Of a stretch of DNA of 64,000 nt, positions 1 to 15,000 are shown piece after piece (position 1 is the stretch's first letter; each line of letters begins with the position of its first letter). The notes beneath the pieces are model-generated. The model was not told the DNA's origin, did not search any database, and saw only the letters and a program-made list of their open reading frames with translations. Location: assembly GCA_964276515.1 (NCBI GenBank), contig OZ193910.1, positions 7,564,001 through 7,628,000 on the forward strand. Direction: 5' to 3'. The translations under genes were made by a program, and so were the position numbers. This stretch comes from Gordius albopunctatus. Its lineage: Eukaryota.

Positions 1-3000
1 GAAACAAATATTATTTTTCATATTCTTTCGAAAGGGAGATGAAAAAATCTTTAAAAGTTAGTAAATATTCTTAGCATTTTGTCCTTGTTAGAATCTTGTT
101 AGTAATTTATGCGTGGGGGGATGTTTTAGATTGAGAGAAATTAAAATTTTCGTGTTGCGTTTAGATTGATTCAATATCGCTTTATAAGCGTGTCTCTAGT
201 TTTAGTGAAACAAGCTCTATGCGATCGTGATTCAGAGTTAATAATTTTTGATGACTGATCAAAAAAATGTTTTTCAAGGAATTCATCTCTTATACGGAAA
301 ACTTTCATGAGAGCTATATGGTTGAACAAAAAAAATTAAAACAATTTTGAGGTCGAAAAAAATATTATTTTTCATATTCTTTCGAAAGGGAGATGAAAAA
401 ATCTTTAAAAGTTAGTAAATATTCTTAGAATTTTGTCCTTGTTAGAATCTTGATAGGAATTTTTGCGTTGGCGATGTTTGAGATTGAGAGAAATTAAAAT
501 TTAGGTGTTGCGTTTATATTGTTTCAATATCGCTTTATAAGCGTGTCTCTAGTTTTAGTGAAACAAGCTCTATGCGATCGTGATTTAGAGTTAATAATTT
601 TTGATGACTGATCAAAAAAATGTTTTTCAAGGAATTCATCTCTTATACGGAAAACTTTAATGAGAGCTATATGGTTGAACAAAAAAAATTAAAACAATTT
701 CGAGGTCGAAAAAAATATTATTTTTCATATTCTTTCGAAAGGGAGATGAAAAAATCTTTAAAAGTTAGTAAATATTCTTAGAATTTTGTCCTTGTTAGAA
801 TCTTGATAGGAATTTTTGCGTTGGCGATGTTTGAGATTGAGAGAAATTAAAATTTTCGTGTGGCGTTTAGATTGATTCAATATCGCTTTATAAGCGTGTC
901 TCTAGTTTTAGTGAAACAAGCTCTATGCGATCGTGATTTAGAGTTAATAATTTTTGATGACTGATCAAAAAAATGTTTTTCAAGGAATTCATCTCTTATA
1001 CGGAAAACTTTAATGATAGCTATATGGTTGAACAAAAAAATTGAAAAAATTTTGAGGTCGAAAAAAATATTTTTTTTCATATTCTTTCGTAAGGGAGATG
1101 AAAAAATCTTTAAAAGTTATTAAATATTCTTAGCATTTTGTCCTTGTTAGAATCTTGATAGGAATTTTTGCGTGGGGGGATGTTTTAGATTGAGAGAAAT
1201 TAAAATTTAGGTGTTGCGTTTATATTGTTTTAATATCTCTTTATAAGCGTGTCTCTAGTTTTAGTGAAACAAGCTCTATGCGATCGTGATTTAGAGTTAA
1301 TAATTTTTGATGACTGATCAAAAAAATGTTTTTCAAGGAATTCATCTCTTATACGGAAAACTTTAATGAGAGCTATATGGTTGTACAAAAAAATTCAAAA
1401 AATTTTGAGGTCGAAAAAAATATTATTTTTCATATTCTTTCGAAAGGGAGATGAAAAAATCTTTAAAAGTTAGTAAATATTCTTAGAATTTTGTCCTTGT
1501 TAGAATCTTGATAGGAATTTTTGCGTTGGCGATGTTTGAGATTGAGAGAAATTAAAATTTTCGTGTGGCGTTTAGATTGATTCAATATCGCTTTATAAGC
1601 GTGTCTCTAGTTTTAGTGAAACAAGCTCTATGCGATCGTGATTTAGAGTTAATAATTTTTGATGACTGATCAAAAAAATGTTTTTCAAGGAATTCATCTC
1701 TTATACGGAAAACTTTAATGAGAGCTATATGGTTGAACAAAAAAAATTAAAACAATTTTGAGGTCGAAAAAAATATTATTTTTCATATTCTTTCGAAAAG
1801 GAGATGAAAAAAGAATTTTTGTCGTGGGGGATGTTTTAGATTGAGAGAAATTAAAATTTAGGTGTTGAGTTTATATTGTTTCAATATCGCTTTATAAGCG
1901 TGTCTCTAGTTTTAGTGAAACAAGCTCTATGCGATCGTGATTTAGAGTTAATAATTTTTGATGACTGATCAAAAAAATGTTTTTCAAGGAATTCACCTCT
2001 TATACCAAAAACTTTCATGAGAACTATATGGTTGAACAAAAAAATTGAAAAAATTTTGAGGTCGAAAAAAATATTATTTTTCATATTTTTTCGAAAGGGA
2101 GATGAAAAAATCTTTAAAAGTTAGTAAATATTCTTAGCATTTTGTCCTTGTTAGAATATTGATAGAAATTTATGCGTGGGGGGATGTTTTAGATTGAGAG
2201 AAATTAAAATTTAGGTGTTGCGTTTATATTGTTTCAATATCGCTTTATAAGCGTGTCTCTAGTTTTAGTGTAACAAGCTCTATGCGATCGTGATTTAGAG
2301 TTAATAATTTTTGATGACTGATCAAAAAAATGTTTTTCAAGCAATTCACCTCTTATACCGAAAACTTTCATGAGAGCTATATGGTTGAACAAAAAAATTG
2401 AAAAAATTTTGAGGTCGAAAAAAATATTATTTTTCAAATTCTTTCGAAAGGGAGATGAAAAAATCTTTAAAAGTTAGTAAATATTCATAGAATTTTGTCC
2501 TTGTTAGAATATTGATAGAAATTTATGCGTGTGGGGATGTTTTAGATTGAGAGAAATTAAAATTTAGGTGTTGCGTTTATATTGTTTCAATATCGCTTTA
2601 TAAGCGTGTCTCTAGTTTTAGTGAAACAAGCTCTATGCGATCGTGATTTAGAGTTAATAATTTTTGATGACTGATCAAAAAAATGTTTTTCAAGGAATTC
2701 ACCTCTTATACCGAAAACTTTCATGAGAACTATATGGTTGAACAAAAAAATTAAAACAATTTTGAGGTCGAAACAAATATTATTTTTCAAATTCTTTCGA
2801 AAGGGAGATGAAAAAATGTTTAAAAGTTAGTAAATATTCTTAGAATTTTGTCCTTGTTAGAATCTTGATAGGAATTTTTGCGTTGGCGATGTTTGAGATT
2901 GAGAGAAATTAAAATTTTCGTGTGGCGTTTAGATTGATTCAATATCGCTTTATAAGCGTGTCTCTAGTTTTAGTGAAACAAGCTCTATGCGATCGTGATT

Positions 3001-6000
3001 TAGAGTTAATAATTTTTGATGACTGATCAAAAAAATGTTTTTCAAGGAATTCATCTCTTATACCGAAAACTTTCATGAGAGCTATATGGTTGAACAAAAA
3101 AAATTAAAACAATTTTGAGGTCGAAAAAAATATTATTTTTCATATTCTTTCGAAAAGGAGATGAAAAAAGAATTTTTGCGTGGGGGATGTTTTAGATTGA
3201 GAGAAATTAAAATTTAGGTGTTGAGTTTATATTGTTTCAATATCGCTTTATAAGCGTGTCTCTAGTTTTAGTGAAACAAGCTCTATGCGATCGTGATTTA
3301 GAGTTAATAATTTTTGATGACTGATCAAAAAAATGTTTTTCAAGGAATTCACCTCTTATACCAAAAACTTTCATGAGAACTATATGGTTGAACAAAAAAA
3401 TTGAAAAAATTTTGAGGTCGAAAAAAATATTATTTTTCATATTTTTTCGAAAGGGAGATGAAAAAATCTTTAAAAGTTAGTAAATATTCTTAGCATTTTG
3501 TCCTTGTTAGAATATTGATAGAAATTTATGCGTGGGGGGATGTTTTAGATTGAGAGAAATTAAAATTTAGGTGTTGCGTTTATATTGTTTCAATATCGCT
3601 TTATAAGCGTGTCTCTAGTTTTAGTGTAACAAGCTCTATGCGATCGTGATTTAGAGTTAATAATTTTTGATGACTGATCAAAAAAATGTTTTTCAAGCAA
3701 TTCACCTCTTATACCGAAAACTTTCATGAGAGCTATATGGTTGAACAAAAAAATTGAAAAAATTTTCAGGTCGAAAAAAATATTATTTTTCAAATTCTTT
3801 CGAAAGGGAGATGAAAAAATCTTTAAAAGTTAGTAAATATTCTTAGAATTTTGTCCTTGTTAGAATATTGATAGAAATTTATGCGTGTGGGGATGTTTTA
3901 GATTGAGAGAAATTAAAATTTAGGTGTTGCGTTTATATTGTTTCAATATCGCTTTATAAGCGTGTCTCTAGTTTTAGTGAAACAAGCTCTATGCGATCGT
4001 GATTTAGAGTTAATAATTTTTGATGACTGATCAAAAAAATGTTTTTCAAGGAATTCACCTCTTATACCGAAAACTTTCATGAGAACTATATGGTTGAACA
4101 AAAAAATTAAAACAATTTTGAGGTCGAAACAAATATTATTTTTCAAATTCTTTCGAAAGGGAGATGAAAAAATGTTTAAAAGTTAGTAAATATTCTTAGA
4201 ATTTTGTCCTTGTTAGAATCTTGATAGGAATTTTTGCGTTGGCGATGTTTGAGATTGAGAGAAATTAAAATTTTCGTGTGGCGTTTAGATTGATTCAATA
4301 TCGCTTTATAAGCGTGTCTCTAGTTTTAGTGAAACAAGCTCTATGCGATCGTGATTTAGAGTTAATAATTTTTGATGACTGATCAAAAAAATGTTTTTCA
4401 AGGAATTCATCTCTTATACCGAAAACTTTCATGAGAGCTATATGGTTGAACAAAAAAAATTAAAACAATTTTGAGGTCGAAAAAAATATTATTTTTCATA
4501 TTCTTTCGAAAAGGAGATGAAAAAAGAATTTTTGCGTGGGGGATGTTTTAGATTGAGAGAAATTAAAATTTAGGTGTTGAGTTTATATTGTTTCAATATC
4601 GCTTTATAAGCGTGTCTCTAGTTTTAGTGAAACAAGCTCTATGCGATCGTGATTTAGAGTTAATAATTTTTGATGACTGATCAAAAAAATGTTTTTCAAG
4701 GAATTCACCTCTTATACCAAAAACTTTCATGAGAACTATATGGTTGAACAAAAAAATTGAAAAAATTTTGAGGTCGAAAAAAATATTATTTTTCATATTT
4801 TTTCGAAAGGGAGATGAAAAAATCTTTAAAAGTTAGTAAATATTCTTAGCATTTTGTCCTTGTTAGAATATTGATAGAAATTTATGCGTGGGGGGATGTT
4901 TTAGATTGAGAGAAATTAAAATTTAGGTGTTGCGTTTATATTGTTTCAATATCGCTTTATAAGCGTGTCTCTAGTTTTAGTGTAACAAGCTCTATGCGAT
5001 CGTGATTTAGAGTTAATAATTTTTGATGACTGATCAAAAAAATGTTTTTCAAGCAATTCACCTCTTATACCGAAAACTTTCATGAGAGCTATATGGTTGA
5101 ACAAAAAAATTGAAAAAATTTTCAGGTCGAAAAAAATATTATTTTTCAAATTCTTTCGAAAGGGAGATGAAAAAATCTTTAAAAGTTAGTAAATATTCTT
5201 AGAATTTTGTCCTTGTTAGAATATTGATAGAAATTTATGCGTGTGGGGATGTTTTAGATTGAGAGAAATTAAAATTTAGGTGTTGCGTTTATATTGTTTC
5301 AATATCGCTTTATAAGCGTGTCTCTAGTTTTAGTGAAACAAGCTCTATGCTATCGTGATTTAGAGTTAATAATTTTTGATGACTGATCAAAAAAATGTTT
5401 TTCAAGGAATTCACCTCTTATACCGAAAACTTTCATGAGAACTATATGGTTGAACAAAAAAATTAAAACAATTTTGAGGTCGAAACAAATATTATTTTTC
5501 ATATTCTTTCGAAAGGGAGATGAAAAAATCTTTAAAAGTTAGTAAATATTCTTAGCATTTTGTCCTTGTTAGAATCTTGATAGTAATTTATGCGTGGGGG
5601 GATGTTTTAGATTGAGAGAAATTAAAATTTTCGTGTTGCGTTTAGATTGATTCAATATCGCTTTATAAGCGTGTCTCTAGTTTTAGTGAAACAAGCTCTA
5701 TGCGATCGTGATTCAGAGTTAATAATTTTTGATGACTGATCAAAAAAATGTTTTTCAAGGAATTCATCTCTTATACGGAAAACTTTCATGAGAGCTATAT
5801 GGTTGAACAAAAAAAATTAAAACAATTTCGAGGTCGAAAAAAATATTATTTTTCATATTCTTTCGAAAGGGAGATGAAAAAATCTTTAAAAGTTAGTAAA
5901 TATTCTTAGAATTTTGTCCTTGTTAGAATCTTGATAGGAATTTTTGCGTTGGCGATGTTTGAGATTGAGAGAAATTAAAATTTTCGTGTGGCGTTTAGAT

Positions 6001-9000
6001 TGATTCAATATCGCTTTATAAGCGTGTCTCTAGTTTTAGTGAAACAAGCTCTATGCGATCGTGATTTAGAGTTAATAATTTTTGATGACTGATCAAAAAA
6101 ATGTTTTTCAAGGAATTCACCTTTTATACCGAAAACTTTATGGTTGAACAAAAAAATTAAAACAATTTTGAGGTCGAAAAAAATATTATTTTTCATATTC
6201 TTTCGAAAGGGAGATGAAAAAATCTTTAAAAGTTAGTAAATATTCTTAGCATTTTGTCCTTTCTTGATAGGAATTTTTGCGTGTGGGATGTTTGAGATTG
6301 AAAGAAATTAAAATTTTCGTGTTGCGTTTATATTGTTTCAATATCCCTTTATAAGCGTGTCTCTAGTTTTAGTGAAACAAGCTCTATGCGATCGTGATTT
6401 ACAGTTAATAATTTTTTATGACTGATCAAAAAAATGTTTTTCAAGGAATTCACCTCTTATACCGAAAACTTTCATGAGAGCTATATGGTTGAACAAAAAA
6501 ATTGAAAAAATTTTGAGGTCGAAAAAAATATTATTTTTCAAATTCTTTCGAAAGGGAGATGAAAAAATCTTTAAAAGTTAGTAAATATTCTTAGAATTTT
6601 GTCCTTGTTAGAATCTTGATAGGAATTTTTGCGTTGGCGATGTTTGAGATTGAGAGAAATTAAAATTTTCGTGTGGCGTTTAGATTGATTCAATATCGCT
6701 TTATAAGCGTGTCTCTAGTTTTAGTGAAACAAGCTCTATGCGATCGTGATTTAGAGTTAATAATTTTTGATGACTGATCAAAAAAATGTTTTTCAAGGAA
6801 TTCATCTCTTATACGGAAAACTTTAATGAGAGCTATATGGTTGAACAAAAAAATTGAAAAAATTTTGAGGTCGAAAAAAATATTTTTTTTCATATTCTTT
6901 CGTAAGGGAGATGAAAAAATCTTTAAAAGTTATTAAATATTCATAGCATTTTGTCCTTGTTAGAATCTTGATAGGAATTTTTGCGTGGGGGGATGTTTTA
7001 GATTGAGAGAAATTAAAATTTAGGTGTTGCGTTTATATTGTTTCAATATCTCTTTATAAGCGTGTCTCTAGTTTTAGTGAAACAAGCTCTATGCGATCGT
7101 GATTTAGAGTTAATAATTTTTGATGACTGATCAAAAAAATGTTTTTCAAGGAATTCATCTCTTATACGGAAAACTTTCATGAGAGCTATATGGTTGAACA
7201 AAAAAAATTAAAACAATTTCGAGGTCGAAAAAAATATTATTTTTCATATTCTTTCGAAAGGGAGATGAAAAAATCTTTAAAAGTTAGTAAATATTCTTAG
7301 AATTTTGTCCTTGTTAGAATCTTGATAGGAATTTTTGCGTTGGCGATGTTTGAGATTGAGAGAAATTAAAATTTTCGTGTGGCGTTTAGATTGATTCAAT
7401 ATCGCTTTATAAGCGTGTCTCTAGTTTTAGTGAAACAAGCTCTATGCGATCGTGATTTAGAGTTAATAATTTTTGATGACTGATCAAAAAAATGTTTTTC
7501 AAGGAATTCATCTCTTATACGGAAAACTTTAATGATAGCTATATGGTTGAACAAAAAAATTGAAAAAATTTTGAGGTCGAAAAAAATATTTTTTTTCATA
7601 TTCTTTCGAAAGGGAGATGAAAAAATCTTTAAAAGTTATTAAATATTCTTAGCATTTTGTCCTTGTTAGAATCTTGATAGGAATCTTTGCGTGGGGGGAT
7701 GTTTTAGATTGAGAGAAATTAAAATTTAGGTGTTGCGTTTATATTGTTTCAATATCGCTTTATAAGCGTGTCTCTAGTTTTAGTGAAACAAGCTCTATGC
7801 GATCGTGATTTAGAGTTAATAATTTTTGATGACTGATCAAAAAAATGTTTTTCAAGGAATTCATCTCTTATACGGAAAACTTTCATGAGAGCTATATGGT
7901 TGAACAAAAAAAATTAAAACAATTTCGAGGTCGAAAAAAATATTATTTTTCATATTCTTTCGAAAGGGAGATGAAAAAATCTTTAAAAGTTAGTAAATAT
8001 TCTTAGAATTTTGTCCTTGTTAGAATCTTGATAGGAATTTTTGCGTTGGCGATGTTTGAGATTGAGAGAAATTAAAATTTTCGTGTGGCGTTTAGATTGA
8101 TTCAATATCGCTTTATAAGCGTGTCTCTAGTTTTAGTGAAACAAGCTCTATGCGATCGTGATTTAGAGTTAATAATTTTTGATGACTGATCAAAAAAATG
8201 TTTTTCAAGGAATTCATCTCTTATACGGAAAACTTTAATGATAGCTATATGGTTGAACAAAAAAATTGAAAAAATTTTGAGGTCGAAAAAAATATTTTTT
8301 TTCATATTCTTTCGAAAGGGAGATGAAAAAATCTTTAAAAGTTATTAAATATTCTTAGCATTTTGTCCTTGTTAGAATCTTGATAGGAATCTTTGCGTGG
8401 GGGGATGTTTTAGATTGAGAGAAATTAAAATTTAGGTGTTGCGTTTATATTGTTTCAATATCGCTTTATAAGCGTGTCTCTAGTTTTAGTGAAACAAGCT
8501 CTATGCGATCGTGATTTAGAGTTAATAATTTTTGATGACTGATCAAAAAAATGTTTTTCAAGGAATTCATCTCTTATACGGAAAACTTTAATGAGAGCTA
8601 TATGGTTGAACAAAAAAAATTAAAACAATTTCGAGGTCGAAAAAAATATTATTTTTCATATTCTTTCGAAAGGGAGATGAAAAAATCTTTAAAAGTTAGT
8701 AAATATTCTTAGAATTTTGTCCTTGTTAGAATCTTGATAGGAATTTTTGCGTTGGCGATGTTTGAGATTGAGAGAAATTAAAATTTTCGTGTGGCGTTTA
8801 GATTGATTCAATATCGCTTTATAAGCGTGTCTCTAGTTTTAGTGAAACAAGCTCTATGCGATCGTGATTTAGAGTTAATAATTTTTGATGACTGATCAAA
8901 AAAATGTTTTTCAAGGAATTCATCTCTTATACGGAAAACTTTAATGATAGCTATATGGTTGAACAAAAAAATTGAAAAAATTTTGAGGTCGAAAAAAATA

Positions 9001-12000
9001 TTTTTTTTCATATTCTTTCGTAAGGGAGATGAAAAAATCTTTAAAAGTTATTAAATATTCTTAGCATTTTGTCCTTGTTAGAATCTTGATAGGAATTTTT
9101 GCGTGGGGGGATGTTTTAGATTGAGAGAAATTAAAATTTAGGTGTTGCGTTTATATTGTTTCAATATCTCTTTATAAGCGTGTCTCTAGTTTTAGTGAAA
9201 CAAGCTCTATGCGATCGTGATTTAGAGTTAATAATTTTTGATGACTGATCAAAAAAATGTTTTTCAAGGAATTCATCTCTTATACGGAAAACTTTAATGA
9301 GAGCTATATGGTTGAACAAAAAAATTGAAAAAATTTTGAGGTCGAAAAAAATATTTTTTTTCATATTCTTTCGAAAGGGAGATGAAAAAATCTTTAAAAG
9401 TTATTAAATATTCTTAGCATTTTGTCCTTGTTAGAATCTTGATAGGAATCTTTGCGTGGGGGGATGTTTTAGATTGAGAGAAATTAAAATTTAGGTGTTG
9501 CGTTTATATTGTTTCAATATCGCTTTATAAGCGTGTCTCTAGTTTTAGTGAAACAAGCTCTATGCGATCGTGATTTAGAGTTAATAATTTTTGATGACTG
9601 ATCAAAAAAATGTTTTTCAAGGAATTCATCTCTTATACGGAAAACTTTAATGATAGCTATATGGTTGAACAAAAAAATTGAAAAAATTTTGAGGTCGAAA
9701 AAAATATTATTTTTCAAATTCTTTCGAAAGGGAGATGAAAAAATGTTTAAAAGTTAGTAAATATTCTTAGAATTTTGTCCTTGTTAGAATCTTGATAGGA
9801 ATTTTTGCGTTGGCGATGTTTGAGATTGAGAGAAATTAAAATTTTCGTGTGGCGTTTAGATTGATTCAATATCGCTTTATAAGCGTGTCTCTAGTTTTAG
9901 TGAAACAAGCTCTATGCGATCGTGATTTAGAGTTAATAATTTTTGATGACTGATCAAAAAAATGTTTTTCAAGGAATTCATCTCTTATACCGAAAACTTT
10001 CATGAGAGCTATATGGTTGAACAAAAAAAATTAAAACAATTTTGAGGTCGAAAAAAATATTATTTTTCATATTCTTTCGAAAAGGAGATGAAAAAAGAAT
10101 TTTTGCGTGGGGGATGTTTTAGATTGAGAGAAATTAAAATTTAGGTGTTGAGTTTATATTGTTTAAATATCGCTTTATAAGCGTGTCTCTAGTTTTAGTG
10201 AAACAAGCTCTATGCGATCGTGATTTAGAGTTAATAATTTTTGATGACTGATCAAAAAAATGTTTTTCAAGGAATTCACCTCTTATACCAAAAACTTTCA
10301 TGAGAACTATATGGTTGAACAAAAAAATTGAAAAAATTTTGAGGTCGAAAAAAATATTATTTTTCATATTCTTTCGAAAGGGAGATGAAAAAATCTTTAA
10401 AAGTTAGTAAATATTCTTAGAATTTTGTCCTTGTTAGAATCTTGATAGGAATTTTTGCGTTGGCGATGTTTGAGATTGAGAGAAATTAAAATTTTCGTGT
10501 GGCGTTTAGATTGATTCAATATCGCTTTATAAGCGTGTCTCTAGTTTTAGTGAAACAAGCTCTATGCGATCGTGATTTAGAGTTAATAATTTTTGATGAC
10601 TGATCAAAAAAATGTTTTTCAAGGAATTCATCTCTTATACGGAAAACTTTAATGATAGCTATATGGTTGAACAAAAAAATTGAAAAAATTTTGAGGTCGA
10701 AAAAAATATTTTTTTTCATATTCTTTCGTAAGGGAGATGAAAAAATCTTTAAAAGTTATTAAATATTCTTAGCATTTTGTCCTTGTTAGAATCTTGATAG
10801 GAATTTTTGCGTTGGCGATGTTTGAGATTGAGAGAAATTAAAATTTTCGTGTGGCGTTTAGATTGATTCAATATCGCTTTATAAGCGTGTCTCTAGTTTT
10901 AGTGAAACAAGCTCTATGCGATCGTGATTTAGAGTTAATAATTTTTGATGACTGATCAAAAAAATGTTTTTCAAGGAATTCACCTCTTATACCAAAAACT
11001 TTCATGAGAGCTATATGGTTGAACAAAAAAAATTAAAACAATTTTGAGGTCGAAACAAATATTATTTTTCATATTCTTTCGAAAGGGAGATGAAAAAATC
11101 TTTAAAAGTTAGTAAATATTCTTAGCATTTTGTCCTTTCTTGATAGGAATTTTTGCGTGGGGGATGTTTAGATTGAGAGAAATTAAAATTTTCGTGTTGC
11201 GTTTAGATTGTTTCAATATCGCTTTATAAGCGTGTTTCTAGTTTTAGTGAAACAGGCTCTATGCGATCGTGATTCAGAGTTAATAATTTTTGATGACTGA
11301 TCAAAAAAATGTTTTTAAAGGAATTCACCTCTTATACCGAAAACTTTCATGAGAGCTATATGGTTGAACAAAAAAAATTAAAACAATTTTGAGGTCGAAA
11401 AAAATATTATTTTTCATATTCTTTCGAAAGGGAGATGAAAAAAGAATTTTTGCGTGGGGGATGTTTGAGATTGAGAGAAATTAAAATTTTCGTGTTGCGT
11501 TTAGATTGTTTCAATATCGCTTTATAAGCGTGTTTCTAGTTTTAGTGAAACAGGCTCTATGCGATCGTGATTTAGAGTTAATAATTTTTGATGACTGATC
11601 AAAAAAAATGTTTTTCAAGGAATTAACATTTTTTACCGAAGAATTTCTTAGAGCTATATGGTTGAACAAAAAAATTGATAAAATTTTGAGGTCGAAAAAA
11701 TATTGATTTTCATATTCTTTCGAAAGGGAGATGAAAAAATCTTTAAAAGTTAGTAAATATTCTTAGAATTTTGTCCTTGTTTGAATCTTGATAGGAACTT
11801 TTGCGTGGGGTGATGTTTTAGATTGAGAGAAATTAAAATTTTCGTGCTGCGTTTAGATTGTTTCAATATCGCTTTATAAGTGTGTCTCTAGTTTTAGTGA
11901 AACAAGATCCATGCGATCGTGATTTAGAGTTAATAATTTTTGATGACTGATCAAAAAAAATGTTTTTAAAGGAATTCACCTCTTATACCGAAAACTTTCA

Positions 12001-15000
12001 TGAGAGCTATATGGTTGAACAAAAAAAATTAAAACAATTTTGAGGTCGAAAAAAATATTATTTTTCATATTCTTTCGAAAGGGAGATGAAAAAAGAATTT
12101 TTGCGTGGGGGATGTTTGAGATTGAGAGAAATTAAAATTTTCGTGTTGCGTTTAGATTGTTTCAATATCGCTTTATAAGTGTGTCTCTAGTTTTAGTGAA
12201 ACAAGATCCATGCGATCGTGATTTAGAGTTAATAATTTTTGATGACTGATCAAAAAAAATGTTTTTAAAGGAATTAACATTTTTTACCGAAGAATTTCTT
12301 AGAGCTATATGGTTGAACAAAAAAATTGATAAAATTTTGAGGTCGAAAAAATATTGATTTTCATATTCTTTCGAAAGGGAGATGAAAAAATCTTTAAAAG
12401 TTAGTAAATATTCTTAGCATTTTGTCCTTGTTAGAATCTTGATAGGAACTTTTGCGTGGGAGGATGTTTTAGATTGAGAGAAATTAGAATTTTCGTGTTG
12501 CGTTTAGATTGTTTCAATATCGCTTTATAAGCGTGTTTCTAGTTTTAGTGAAACAGGCTCTATGCGATCGTGATTCAGAGTTAATAATTTTTGATGACTG
12601 ATCAAAAAAATGTTTTTAAAGGAATTCACCTCTTATACCGAAAACTTTCATGAGAGCTATATGGTTGAACAAAAAAAATTAAAACAATTTTGAGGTCGAA
12701 AAAAATATTATTTTTCATATTCTTTCGAAAGGGAGATGAAAAAAGAATTTTTGCGTGGGGGATGTTTGAGATTGAGAGAAATTAAAATTTTCGTGTTGCG
12801 TTTAGATTGTTTCAATATCGCTTTATAAGTGTGTCTCTAGTTTTAGTGAAACAAGATCCATGCGATCGTGATTTAGAGTTAATAATTTTTGATGACTGAT
12901 CAAAAAAAATGTTTTTAAAGGAATTAACATTTTTTACCGAAGAATTTCTTAGAGCTATATGGTTGAACAAAAAAATTGATAAAATTTTGAGGTCGAAAAA
13001 ATATTGATTTTCATATTCTTTCGAAAGGGAGATGAAAAAATCTTTAAAAGTTAGTAAATATTCTTAGCATTTTGTCCTTGTTAGAATCTTGATAGGAATT
13101 TATGCGTGGGGGGATGTTTTAGATTGAGAGAAATTAGAATTTTCGTGTTGCGTTTAGATTGTTTCAATATCGCTTTATAAGCGTGTCTCTAGCTTTAGTT
13201 AAACAAGCTCCATGCGATCGTGATTTAGAGTTAATAATTTTTGATGACTGATCAAAAAAAATGTTTTTCAAGGAATTAACATTTTTTACCGAAAACTTTC
13301 ATGAGAGCTATATGGTTGAAGAAAAAATTGAAAAAATTTAGAGGTCGAAAAAAATATTATTTTTCATATTCTTTCGAAAGGGAGATGAAAAAATCTTTAA
13401 AAGTTAGTAAATATTCATAGCATTTTGTCCTTGTTAGAATCTTGATAGGAACTTTTGCGTGGGAGGATGTTTTAGATTGAGAGAAATTAGAATTTTCGTG
13501 TTGTATTTAGATTGTTTCAATATCGCTTTATAAGCGTGTTTCTAGTTTTAGTGAAACAAGCTCTATGCGATCGTGATTCAGAGTTAATAATTTTTGATGA
13601 CTGATCAAAAAAATGTTTTTAAAGGAATTCACCTCTTATACCGAAAACTTTCATGAGAGCTATATGGTTGAACAAAAAAATTGAAAAAATTTCGAGGTCG
13701 AAAAAAATATTATTTTTCATATTCTTTTGAAAGGGAGATGAAAAAATCTTTAAAAGATTTTAAATATTCTTAGCATTTTGTCCTTGTTAGAATCTTGATA
13801 GGAATTTATGCGTGGGAGGATGTTTTAGATTGAGAGAAATTAAAATTTAGGTGTTGCGTTTATATTGTTTCAATATCGCTTTATAAGCGTGTCTCTAGTT
13901 TTAGTGAAACAAGCTCTATGCGATCGTGATTTAGAGTTAATAATTTTTGATGACTGATCAAAAAAATGTTTTTAAAGGAATTCACCTCTTATACCGAAAA
14001 CTTTCATGAGAGCTATATGGTTGAAGAAAAAATTGAAAAAATTATGAGGTCGAAAAAATATTATTTTTCATATTCTTTCGAAAGGGAGATGAAAAAATCT
14101 TTAATAGTTAGTAAATACTCTTAGAATTTTGTCCTTGTTTGAATCTTGATAGGAATTTTTGCGTGGGGGGATGTTTTAGATTGAGAGAAATTAAAATTTA
14201 GGTGTTGCGTTTATATTGTTTCAATATCGCTTTATAAGCGTGTCTCTAGTTTTAGTGAAACAAGCTCTATGCGATCGTGATTTAGAGTTAATAATTTTTG
14301 ATGACTGATCAAAAAAATGTTTTTAAAGGAATTCACCTCTTATACCGAAAACTTTCATGAGAGCTATATGGTTGAACAAAAAAAATTAAAACAATTTTGA
14401 GGTCGAAAAAAATATTATTTTTCATATTCTTTCGAAAGGGAGATGAAAAAAGAATTTTATGTTTGAGATTGAGAGAAATTAAAATTTTCGTGTTGCGTTT
14501 AGATTGTTTCAATATCGCTTTATAAGCGTAGATTGAGAGAAATTTAAATTTTCGTGTTGCGTTTAGATTGTTTCAATATCGCTTTATAAGCGTGTCTCTA
14601 GTTTTAGTGAAACAGGCTCTATGCGATCGTGATTTAGAGTTAATAATTTTTGATGACTGATCAAAAAAAATGTTTTTCAAGGAATTAACATTTTTTACCG
14701 AAAACTTTAATGAGAGCTATATGGTTGAACAAAAAAATTGAAAAAATTTTGAGGTCGAAAAAAATATTATTTTTCATATTCATTCGAAAGCGAGATGAAA
14801 AAATCTTTAAAAGTTAGTAAATATTCTTAGCATTTTGTCCTTGTTAGAATCTTGATAGGAATTTATGCGTGGGAGGATGTTTTAGATTGAGAGAAATTAA
14901 AATTTAGGTGTTGCGTTTATATTGTTTCAATATCGCTTTATAAGCGTGTCTCTAGTTTTAGTGAAACAAGCTCTATGCGATCGTGATTTAGAGTTAATAA

